DNA of 64,000 nt, taken from Mobula hypostoma (lineage: Eukaryota). Below the pieces are notes generated by a model that was not told the DNA's origin, made no database searches, and saw nothing but the letters and a program-made list of their open reading frames with translations. Of this stretch, positions 10,465 to 20,900 are shown in pieces (positions within the stretch are counted from its first letter, which is position 1; each line of letters opens with the position of its first letter). The stretch lies in NCBI RefSeq assembly GCF_963921235.1, contig NC_086108.1, forward strand, positions 5,022,001 through 5,086,000. Reading direction: 5' to 3'. A program made the translations under genes and the position numbers.

Positions 10465-11290
10465 ACAAATGTCATGAAATTTGTTGTTTTGCTGCAGCAG
10501 TACACAGTAATACATAAAAATCAGAACCAATCACAATCAGAATCAGGTTTATTATCACTGGCATATGTTGTGAAATTTGTTGTTTACGTGACAGCAGTAC
10601 AGTGAACTACATAATAATAGGGAAAAAAACTGAATTGCAGTAAATATATAAGTTAAATTACACAAGTAGTGAAAAGAAAAAGAAATTAAATAGGTATTGA
10701 GGTAGTGTTCATGGGTTCAATGTCCATTCAGAAATCAGATGGCAGTGGGAAAGAAGTTGTTTGTGAACTAGATAGATAGATAATTAAATTAAATAAGAAG
10801 TGCAAAATGAGAACAAAAATAGTGAGGTAGTGGTCATGGGCTGATTCATTGTCCATTCAGAAATCTGATGGGTAAGGGGAAAAATTGTTTGTGAAATGTT
10901 GTGTCTCCAGGCTCCTGGACCTCCTCCCTGATGGTAGCAATGAGAAGCGGGTGATGCGGGTCCTTAATGATTGGTGCCACCTTTTTGAGGCATCACCTTT
11001 TGAAGATGTCCTTGATGCTGAGGAGGCTGGTGGCCATTGAGTTTGCAATGCTGTGTCTTTTTCCATTCCTGTGCAGAGGCCCCTCCATGCCAGACAGTGA
11101 TGCAACCAGTCAGAATGCTCTCCACCAGTAGAAGTCTCTGGACACACCATATCTCCACAAATTCCTAATGAAATATAATGTAGCTACTGGTGTGCCTTCT
11201 TCATTATTACATCAATATGTTGGGCGCAGGATAGATCTTCAGAGATGCTGACACCCAGGGACTTGAATCTGCTCACCTTTCCACTGCTCC
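10465..11290 (-). mobile_element. Rex1/Babar-type LINE 3' fragment(s) with 3'UTR
   Basis: VESILTGCITVWHG and FSLLPSGRRSRSL motifs, then AATAAACCTGATTCTGATT tail on the minus strand. Part of the UTR is present twice. Confidence 0.75.
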
Positions 11291-11709
11291 AGTATCAATC
11301 AGAAACACTAGAGATTCTGCAGATGCTGGAAATCAGAGCAACACTCCCCTACATAGATGCTGCCTGACCTGCTGTGTTCCTCCATCATTTTACGTGTGTT
11401 GCTCCAGTACCACTTGTGTGCATGGAGGAATGGATGAACCACTTAATACAGAAACTCAGATTACAGATCATAAACTGAGCAGCCACACAAACCAGTAGCT
11501 GATGAAATGTTATCAGCCTGTAATATTCATTCATTTCCTTTTCCAACATATACTGCCTGACTGCATCTTCTAGTTTCATTGTATTTCAGATGATCAGCAG
11601 TTCTAATATTTTGCATTTGCGATGGTTTGAGAATTGGTTTAGTACTCATATTATAGGATGTTAGGGTAGAAATACATCACTACCAAAGGAGATACAAGGC
11701 CACCCTTGG

Positions 11710-11960
11710 GCAAAGTGTAGCATCTGCTTAGTCGCTCACCCCCCAAAATCAGGGTCACGTGAAGCCATGAAAGGAGGTGGTGGATGGTCGTATGAGCAGC
11801 CGGTGCAGATCACAAGTCCTGGTTATGTGACCACTGACACCAGGCAGACAGTCTCTGAAGAGTATTTATAATGGCTGGGGTTACCCGTCTTGTAAAGACA
11901 CTGCCCAGAAGAAGGCAATGGTAAATCATTTCTATAGGAAACCCACGGTCACCAGACTAT
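11710..11960 (+). repeat. Interspersed repeat, copy 2 (same family as 4440-4700)
   Basis: Direct sequence similarity to 4440-4700. Confidence 0.7.
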
Positions 11961-12733
11961 GACTGCCCATGCTATACGAGACTGTACTTAATGAATGAAC
12001 GAATGAAATTAAACATGGGTCTAGAGTCCCACATGTAGAGCACACTGGTAAGTGTGCAGATCTCCTTCTCCGAAGGACAAGATCGATATTTAGCAGCAAT
12101 CCATTACTGGTAAGTTTTATGCTTACTGTTACTGAGACCAGCATTTATGATTCTAAGCGTGACCTTACCTGTCATCTTTGGATTCAAACTTGTCTCTGAA
12201 TCAGTATCAGGTTTATAATTACTGACATACGTCATGAAATTGGTTGTTTTGTGGCAGTACAGTAGCAGACACTGTACATGACAAACGATCGTACCCATGT
12301 TATTCATAGAGAGCCCGGTGCTCTGGTCAGTTGGTTCAGACTTGTACTGTGGCTTGGTTGGAACTAGGCAGAATGGACCAAACTCAGATTGTCACAGTAG
12401 CAGCCTACTCAAATTACCTACCCACAATTTAATAAATTGCATGTGGAACTGTCGAATTTTTTTCAAGATTACACATTTTGGTTTACCACAATACGTCCAG
12501 TATTCTTTAAAGAGCTGGGTAAAAAGCCATCCTCAAGGGGAAACGGCAACCAGAAATGCCATTACAGTGGGGGTGGTATGCCTTCCTCAGAAACCATCAG
12601 TTAATTCGCCCACCAACTACTTCCTTGGCAGTAATGACATTATATTAAAAAAACTCTTTGTTAAATAAAATCTCCAACAAATCATTAGCATCTCAATAAA
12701 ATAAAAAAGTAAAGTATGCAGACACTGGAAACC

Positions 12734-15700
12734 CAGAGTAACACACACAAGATGCTGGAGGAACTCAGCAGGTCGGACAGTGTCGATGGTCAGAGTAACA
12801 ACACAAAATGCTGGAGGAACTCAGCAGGTCAGACAGTGTCGATGGTCAGAGTAACACACACAAAATGCTGGAGGAACTCAGCAGGTCAGACAGTGTCGAT
12901 GGTCAGAGTAACACACACAAAATGCTGGAGGAACTCAGCGGGTCAGACAGTGTCGATGGTCAGAGTAGCACACACAAAATGCTGGAGGAACTCAGCGGGT
13001 CAGACAGTGTCGATGGTCAGAGTAACACACACAAAATGCTGGAGGAACTCAGCGGGTCAGACAGTGTCGATGGTCAGAGTAGCACACACAAAATGCTGGA
13101 GGAACTCAGCAGGTCAGACAGTGTCGATGGTCAGAGTAACACACACAAAATGCTGGAGGAACTCAGCAGGTCAGACAGTGTCGATGGTCAGAGTAACACA
13201 CACAAAATGCTGGAGGAACTCAGCGGGTCAGACAGTGTCGATGGTCAGAGTAGCACACACAAAATGCTGGAGGAACTCAGCGGGTCAGACAGTGTCGATG
13301 GTCAGAGTAGCACACACAAAATGCTGGAGGAACTCAGCAGGTCAGACAGTGTCGATGGTCAGAGTAACACACACAAAATGCTGGAGGAACTCAGCGGGTC
13401 AGACAGTGTCGATGGTCAGAGTAACACACACAAAATGCTGGAGGAACTCAGCGGGTCAGACAGTGTCGATGGTCAGAGTAACACACACAAAATGCTGGAG
13501 GAACTCAGCCGGTCAGACAGTGTCGATGGTCAGAGCAACACACACAAAATGCTGGAGGAACTCAGCGGGTCAGACAGTGTCGATGGACAGAGTAGCACAC
13601 ACAAAATGCTGGAGGAACTCAGCAGGTCAGACAGTGTCGATGGTCAGAGTAACACACACAAAATGCTGGAGGAACTCAGCGGGTCAGACAGTGTCGATGG
13701 TCAGAGTAACACACACAAAATGCTGGAGGAACTCAGCAGGTCAGACAGTGTCGATGGTCAGAGTAACACACACAAAATGCTGGAGGAACTCAGCGGGTCA
13801 GACAGTGTCGATGGTCAGAGTAACACACACAAAATGCTGGAGGAACTCAGCAGGTCAGACAGTGTCGATGGTCAGAGTAACACACACAAAATGCTGGAGG
13901 AACTCAGCAGGTCAGACAGTGTCGATGGTCAGAGTAACACACACAAAATGCTGGAGGAACTCAGCAGGTCAGACAGTGTCGATGGTCAGAGTAACACGCA
14001 CAAAATGCTGGAGGAACTCAGCAGGTCAGACAGTGTCGATGGTCAGAGTAACACACACACAAAATGCTGGAGGAACTCAGCAGGTCAGACAGTGTCGATG
14101 GTCAGAGTAACACACACACAAAATGCTGGAGGAACTCAGCAGGTCAGACAGTGTCGATGGTCAGAGTAACACACACAAAATGCTGGAGGAACTCAGCAGG
14201 TCAGACAGTGTCGATGGTCAGAGTAACACACACAAAATGCTGGAGGAACTCAGCAGGTCAGACAGTGTCGATGGTCAGAGTAACACACACAAAATGCTGG
14301 AGGAACTCAGCCGGTCAGACAGTGTCGATGGTCAGAGTAACACACACAACATGCTGGAGGAACTCAGCAGGTCAGACAGTGTCGATGGTCAGAGTAATAC
14401 ACACAAGATGCTGGAGGAACTCAGCAGGTCAGACAGTGTCGATGGTCAGAGTAACACACACAAAATGCTGGAGGAACTCAGCAGGTCAGACAGTGTCGAT
14501 GGTCAGAGTAACACACACAAAATGCTGGAGGAACTCAGCAGGTCGGACAGTGTCGATGGTCAGAGTAACAACACAAAATGCTGGAGGAACTCAGCAGGTC
14601 AGACAGTGTCAATGGTCAGAGTAACACACATAAAATGCTGGAGGAACTCAGCAGGTCAGACAGTGTCGATGGTCAGAGTAACACACACAAAATGCTGGAG
14701 GAACTCAGCAGGTCAGACAGTGTCGATGGTCAGAGTAACACACACAAAATGCTGGAGGAACTCAGCAGGTCAGACAGTGTCGATGGTCAGAGTAACACAC
14801 ACAAAATGCTGGAGGAACTCAGCAGGTCAGACAGTGTCGATGGTCAGAGTAGCACACACAAAATGCTGGAGGAACTCAGCAGGTCAGACAGTGTCGATGG
14901 TCAGAGTAACACACACAAAATGCTGGAGGAACTCAGCAGGTCAGACAGTGTCGATGGTCAGAGTAACACACACAAAATGCTGGAGGAACTCAGCAGGTCG
15001 GACAGTGTCGATGGTCAGAGTAACAACACAAAATGCTGGAGGAACTCAGCAGGTCAGACAGTGTCGATGGTCAGAGTAACACACATAAAATGCTGGAGGA
15101 ACTCAGCAGGTCAGACAGTGTCGATGGTCAGAGTAACACACACAAAATGCTGGAGGAACTCAGCAGGTCGGACAGTGTCGATGGTCAGAGTAACACACAC
15201 AAAATGCTGGAGGAACTCAGCGGGTCGGACAGTGTCGATGGTCAGAGTAACACACACAAAATGCTGGAGGAACTCAGCGGGTCGGACAGTGTCGATGGTC
15301 AGAGTAACACACACAAAATGCTGGAGGAACTCAGCAGGTCGGACAGTGTCGATGGTCAGAGTAACACACACAAAATGCTGGAGGAACTCAGCAGGTCGGA
15401 CAGTGTCTATGGTCAGAGTAATACACACAAAATGCTGGAGGAACTCAGCAGGTCGGACAGTGTCGATGGTCAGAGTAACACACACAAAATGCTGGAGGAA
15501 CTCAGCAGGTCAGACAGTGTCGATGGTCAGAGTAACACACACAAAATGCTGGAGGAACTCAGCAGGTCGGACAGTGTCTATGGTCAGAGTAACACACACA
15601 AAATGCTGGAGGAACTCAGCAGGTCAGACAGTGTCGATGGTCAGAGTAACACACACAAAATGCTGGAGGAACTCAGCAGGTCGGACAGTGTCTATGGTCA

Positions 15701-16096
15701 GAGTAATACACACAAAATGCTGGAGGAACTCAGCAGGTTGGACAGTGTCTATGGTCAGAGTAACACACACAAAATGCTGGAGGAACTCAGCTGGTCAGAC
15801 AGTGTCGATGGTCAGAGTAACACACACAAAATGCTGGAGGAACTCAGCAGGTCAGACAGTGTCGATGGTCAGAGTAACACACACAAAATGCTGGAGGAAC
15901 TCAGCAGGTCAGACAGAGTCTATGGTCAGAGTAACACACACAAAATGCTGGTGGAACTCAGCAGGTCAGACAGTGTCGATGGTCAGAGTAACACACACAA
16001 AATGCTGGAGGAACTCAGCTGGTCAGACAGTGTCGATGGTCAGAGTAACACACACAAAATGCTGGAGGAACTCAGCAGGTCAGACAGAGTCTATGG
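12734..16096 (+). repeat. 57-bp tandem array (~59 units) derived from a PLE terminal segment
   Basis: Unit CAGAGTAACACACACAAAATGCTGGAGGAACTCAGCAGGTCAGACAGTGTCGATGGT repeated head to tail, with a few 56-bp and 59-bp variants. Confidence 0.97.
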
Positions 16097-16629
16097 AAAT
16101 TAATAAACAATCAATGTTTTGGGCAAGACCATCAAGATTGGAAAGGATGGGGGAAGAAGGTGCTGTGGGAAAGGGGGGAATTTTATATCCAGTTTAACGT
16201 TCTATTCCTAGCCAACAACAATGAAACAATTTCTCCTTTGTCTTATGGGAACTTGTGTTGTTACAACTGCTGATTTTGCCTATATTATTATTATACCCCC
16301 TCCCCCACTTCAAATAACCTTTTCACGTAAAATATTATGGCAAAATATGTCTATTGTGCAAGCCTTTTATATCTGTTTGTTTAAATCACATGCCTCTAGG
16401 GCACGACGCAATGAATACCATCACCTGTTGACGTCAGTTGCTGTGTTTCTCACAGCTACCTGCCGACCTGGCCTCTGAATGCCGTTCCCTCATGGGGAAC
16501 TATATCGCTTCAGCTTCTCACTAAGGCAGCCTGGCTGTGCCTGGTCATACAAACTCCTGCTCTGCCCTGTTACAACACAGTACGGACACAACATATTAAA
16601 CAATTACTTTGCAGTTTTGGAAACGTAAG

Positions 16630-17107
16630 CAGATCATACAGAGTCATCCAGCACAGAAACAGGCCTTCTAGTCCATCTGGTCTGTGCTGAGCTATTACTC
16701 TGCCTATTCTCAGCGACCTGCACACAGACCACTGCCCTCCATACCCCCCCCCACCCACGTACCTATGCAAACTTCTCCTTAATGTTGAAATCGAACCTGC
16801 ATCTAACACTTGTGCTGGCAGCTCGTTCCACACTCTCACCACCCTCTGAATGAAGTAGTTCCCCTTCAATATCTTAATTTTCACCCTGAACCTAATTCTT
16901 GTCTCACCCAACCTCAGTGGAAAAAGCCTGCTGCTCTTCCCCTACCTATAGCCCTCAAAATTTTATATACCTCTATCAAATCTCCCTTCATTCTTCAACG
17001 CTCGAGGGCAGCGGTTCCCAACCACCTCTACGCCATGGACCTTTACCATTAACCGAGGAGCCCCTTGAGCCCCAGGTTGAGAATGAAGTCCTAATCTATT
17101 CAACCTT
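16630..17107 (-). mobile_element. CR1 LINE 3' end interrupted by a hAT MITE (~17009-17083)
   Basis: GNYFIQRVVRVWNELPAQVLDAGSI motif in ORF 16570..16911, plus a CR1 tail. The MITE starts CAGCGGTTCCCAACC. Confidence 0.8.
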
Positions 17108-17399
17108 CAAAGTTCAAGGCAAATTTTATTAACAAAGAACATAGAAGTCACCACATACAACCCTGAGATTCATTTCCTTGCGGGCACACTAGCAAATCCT
17201 TAGAATTGTAACTATAACAGGATCAGTGAAAGATCAGCCCCAGAGTGCAGAAGACATCAGGCTGTAAAAACGAATATAAATAAATAACGAGAACATGAGA
17301 TAATGAAATACAGTCCTTCAAGTGAGATCATTGGTTGAGGGAACATTTCAATGCCGGGGCAAGTGGAGTTGAGTTTCCCTATAACTCAGGATCAAAGTA

Positions 17400-17765
17400 A
17401 GCTGCAAAACGATGCCTCAGAAAGGCAGAATCCATCATTACCACCCCATCACCCAGAACCTGCCCTCTCCTCATTGCTACCACCAGGGAGGAGGGACAGG
17501 AGCCTGAAGACACACACTCAACGATTCAGGAACAGCTTCTTCCCCTCTGCCATCCGATTTTTGAACGGACATTGAACCCATGAACACTACCTCACTACTT
17601 TTTATTTCTATTTTTGCACTACTTATTTAATTTAACTATTTTATATACATATACCAACTATAATTCCTGTGTTTTTCTATATTACCATGTATTGCATTGT
17701 ACTGCTGCCACAAGGTTAACACATTTCACAACATACGCTGGTGATATTACACCTGATTCTGATTT
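17400..17765 (+). mobile_element. Rex1/Babar-type LINE 3' end
   Basis: PHHPEPALSSLLPPGRRDRSLKTHTQRFRNSFFPSAIRFLN followed by a 3'UTR ending CCTGATTCTGATT. Confidence 0.8.
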
Positions 17766-18114
17766 AGATCCTAGCACTTATGTGTAGGCATTTTAAATGC
17801 CGACTTTGAAGTTGTTTACTTACAAAATAATGTTCAAATACATGTATTGTAAATAAAGCTCTCTTATTCCCCCTTCCAAACTACAAAATTGCTTACACCT
17901 CACCATCCTTACACAAATCTCTGCAATGAAAACTAAAAGCTTCAGAACTCCTTGGCATTTTCATATCACATCATAAGATAGCTGCTTGTGTAAGCAACTC
18001 AACATAAAGAGGAAATACTTTGCATCAGTTTATTTGGCCCCCTGGAAGAAGATCTGCTCGTTTTAAATGATGTTTTAAATATTATGTACATCCTCCATTA
18101 TAATAGTGAATCGT

Positions 18115-18265
18115 AAATCTGTACAGATGTACCATGAAGAGCATTCTAACTGGCTGCGTCACCATCTGGTATGGTGGGGGGCTACTACACAAGATCGAAA
18201 TAAGCTGCAGAACTGTAAACTCAGTCAGCTCCATCATGGGCACCAGCCTCCGTAGTATCCAGGAC
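18115..18265 (+). mobile_element. Rex1/Babar-type LINE internal fragment
   Basis: YRCTMKSILTGCVTIWYGG motif. Confidence 0.7.
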
Positions 18266-18330
18266 AGATTCTGGACGAACTTAGCAGGCCGGGCAGCATC
18301 CATGGAAAAAAAGTACAGTCAACGCACAGA

Positions 18331-18729
18331 ATTTCTTTATTGAACACTCAAGATTTACTTCAGGGATTTAAAAAAATTGAAAGAAATATTTTCAATTTCT
18401 CCAACACCAGCGGTACTGCAGATGCTAAAAATCTAGAACAATACACACAATGTGCTGGAGGAACTCAACAGGTCTGACAGCATCTATGGAAGGGAATAAA
18501 CAGCTGACGTTTCAGACCGAGACTTTTCAACGAGACTGCGTCAGCCCAAACCGTGGGCATTTTATTCCGATCCACAGATGCTGCCTGACCTACTGAGCTC
18601 CTCCAGCACGCTGGGTGTATTGCTCCAGATTTCCAGCTTCTGCAGTACCTCTTGACTTGCAGACATTGAAAATAATTATTTCAATTTTTTAAATCCCTTA
18701 GGTAAATCTTGAGCATTTACTAAAGAAAT
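18331..18729. repeat. ~400-bp imperfect palindrome centred on two inverted PLE ends
   Basis: Left ATTTCTTTATTGAACACTCAAGATTTACTTCAGGGATTTAAAAAAATTGAAA matches the reverse complement of right TTTCAATTTTTTAAATCCCTTAGGTAAATCTTGAGCATTTACTAAAGAAAT. Inner arms GTGCTGGAGGAACTCAACAGGTC and GACCTACTGAGCTCCTCCAGCAC also pair. Confidence 0.85.
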
Positions 18730-19574
18730 CATTGGCTATTTTCTGCTTAACCATAAAATATTTCAGCATCCAAATGAATTATATGTATTGCACTGGCCAA
18801 GAAACAAACTTTACTAGCTTCCATATGTCCCATTCCCTATCGCCACACTAGTTCCAGCAAGCACATTCATATCTAACAGAGATCAATTGTTCAGGGTCAA
18901 AGGGATGGTGTTAAGAGGTACCTATTCTCAGTTTTACCATCTCACACAAGTATTGCAACAATATTTCCTAACCTTTCACCTCCTGAGTAAGTCAGGATTC
19001 ATTTCACAGACAATGCACATTTTAATTGTATTTGTTTGTAGTTCAAAAATAGCAATATGGGTCAAAATAAAATTTATTATCAAAATATATATGTGACCAC
19101 ATACAAACCTGAGATTCATTTTCTTGCGGGCATACTCATAAATCTATAGAATAGTAATCATAACAGGGATCAATGAAAGATCAACCAGAGTGCAGAAGAC
19201 AACAAACTGTGCAAATCCAAATATAAATAAATAGCAATAAATAATGAGAACATGAGATAAAGATCTTGTGATTTACCTTTGAATCTACCTTGTGATTCAT
19301 TTTCTTGCTCACATTTACAGGCAAATATATAAATATAATATAATTTATGAAAACCTATACTCTACATAACTGACAAACAAGCAATGTGTAAAAGACAAAC
19401 TGTGTAAATAAAAAATTAAGATACTAAAAACATAAGTCGAAGAAAGTGAGTCTGAAAGAGTAGCATTGAACAAAATATGATTTTTAATTTTTTTTTAAAT
19501 CAAGCATGTTTTAAAAATCCCCTGCAAAGTTTAGAAATCGAACTCGAGTAAAACGGAGTCGGAATACATATCAG

Positions 19575-19902
19575 AGCCTCGGGGCTCACACCACCAGGTT
19601 CAGGAACCGTTCCAACCCCCTCAACCATCAGGCTCTTGAACAAAAGGGGAAAACTACACTCACTTGCCCATCCATTGAGATGTTCCCACAACCAATTATC
19701 TCAATTTTAAGGACTCTTTTTCTCATGTTCTTGTTATCTATTGCCATTTACTTACACTTGTATTCGTCCAATTTGTCGCCTTCTGCACTCTGGTTGATCG
19801 TTCATTGATCCTGTTACAGTTACTGTTCCACAGATGTGCTGAAAATGAATCTCAGGGATATAGGTGTACATCGGTAATAAAACATTACTTCTTTGAACTT
19901 TG
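19575..19902 (+). mobile_element. LINE 3'UTR fragment (Rex1/Babar-type family); opposite-orientation relatives at ~17108-17310 and ~19060-19260
   Basis: Shares CACCACCAGGTTCAG...CAGGCTCTTGAAC with 2715-2900. TCTGCACTCTGGTTGATC...GAATCTCAGGG is the reverse complement of the 19060-19260 segment. Confidence 0.65.
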
Positions 19903-19959
19903 AGTTGCAAAGAAAGGAGTAACCGTTTCAATGCATCGAAGGAGCACTGAGCATGAAAG

Positions 19960-20900
19960 GTGATTTCAGAGGACGGTGATCGCTCCGGGATGAAAGAGCG
20001 CTTGGCTGAGAGCCTTGGCACCTTCACTTCCCCATGTCACTGCTCCAGCCGCCAGTCAACTCACCTCTCACACCCCCAAGTCAGCCCGCTCCGTCCAAAC
20101 CACAGTCAATCCAGAAAACTTTCCTTCTCTGATTCCTCTGCTCGGACGCTCTGCGATCGCGCTCTCGCTTTCTCTCTCTCTCGCCTTTCCCCGGACACAG
20201 AGCGCCTCCCCGGCACCGACACTCAGCTCAATCGCCGTTCGCTCCGCCGGCCACACCGAGCGCTGCAGGGCCGGACTCAGCGCTCTGGGACTTGTAGTTC
20301 CGCGGTCCCACCCGCGTCGTGAAATCAACCTACAATACCCGTCATCCCCCATGAGAGAACACTCGGCCAGTGCCGCAGTGCCTGCCGGGAACTAGAGAAC
20401 CAATCAAACAGCATCCGCCGACTGCAAAATTGACTACAACTCCCGTCAGGAGCAGCGCGACAACCACGCATGCGCATCCTCCGCTCGGGGGGGGGGAGCC
20501 GGGGGGCTTTAATCTTTCCTCAAGAATATAAATGTCTTGAATTTAAAATCATCGCCTCAAAACCGCAACCGAAGCAACAGAGTAAAACGACACCGTTACC
20601 TCATCACAGCGGAGACAGGAATCTCCCGAACGGATGCGATGCCGACATTCCTTTCCTGAGCGTTTGAGGTAGAATCCCGGTTTATTTTGAGGTGAAGGGG
20701 TGAGAACCCACGAGGCTGCGCGCGCAGCCCCATATACGCGCCCCGCCCACTTTCAGATCGGCGCCGTGACGATCCCGGTCGTTGCGGAAGCACCGCCCGC
20801 TCGGTTGCTAACAATAAAACGGTTGCTACGCAACCACTGGAAGCACGATATTGCTCGCTTTCTGGACTGTCCAATGGGCGTCCAGTCAGTGTCCACAACC
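19960..20900. promoter_or_regulatory. CpG-island promoter
   Basis: Abrupt rise in CpG density relative to the preceding 20 kb. Motifs: ACTACAAGTCCCAG (minus, ~20285-20300), GACTACAACTCCC (20432-20444), CCAAT (20400, 20871), NRF1-like CGCATGCGCA (20467-20476), GC box CCCCGCCC (20741), X-box GGTTGCTACGCAACC (20821-20835). Confidence 0.85.
20065..20260 (-). other. Candidate non-coding first exon of an unidentified minus-strand gene
   Basis: Consensus donor AG|GTGAGT on the minus strand at 20065/20064, just downstream of the ZNF143-type motif cluster. No ATG in the exon; the 5' end is a guess. Confidence 0.5.

Noticed and set aside
12716..16197. Long ORFs of 318-539 aa (MLEELSRSDSVDGQSNTHK repeats)
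   Set aside because: Consequence of a 57-bp unit. Two overlapping frames are equally open, frameshifting variants occur, and the source is non-coding TE sequence.
16425..16567. Possible minus-strand internal exon (acceptor TGTAACAG, donor CAG|GTGATG)
   Set aside because: All three frames contain stops and there is no recognisable protein. It could be a UTR exon but is unsupported without transcripts.
19960..20898. ORFs of 65-126 aa across the CpG island
   Set aside because: GC-rich sequence is naturally stop-poor. The ORFs overlap on both strands and none has a recognisable domain.
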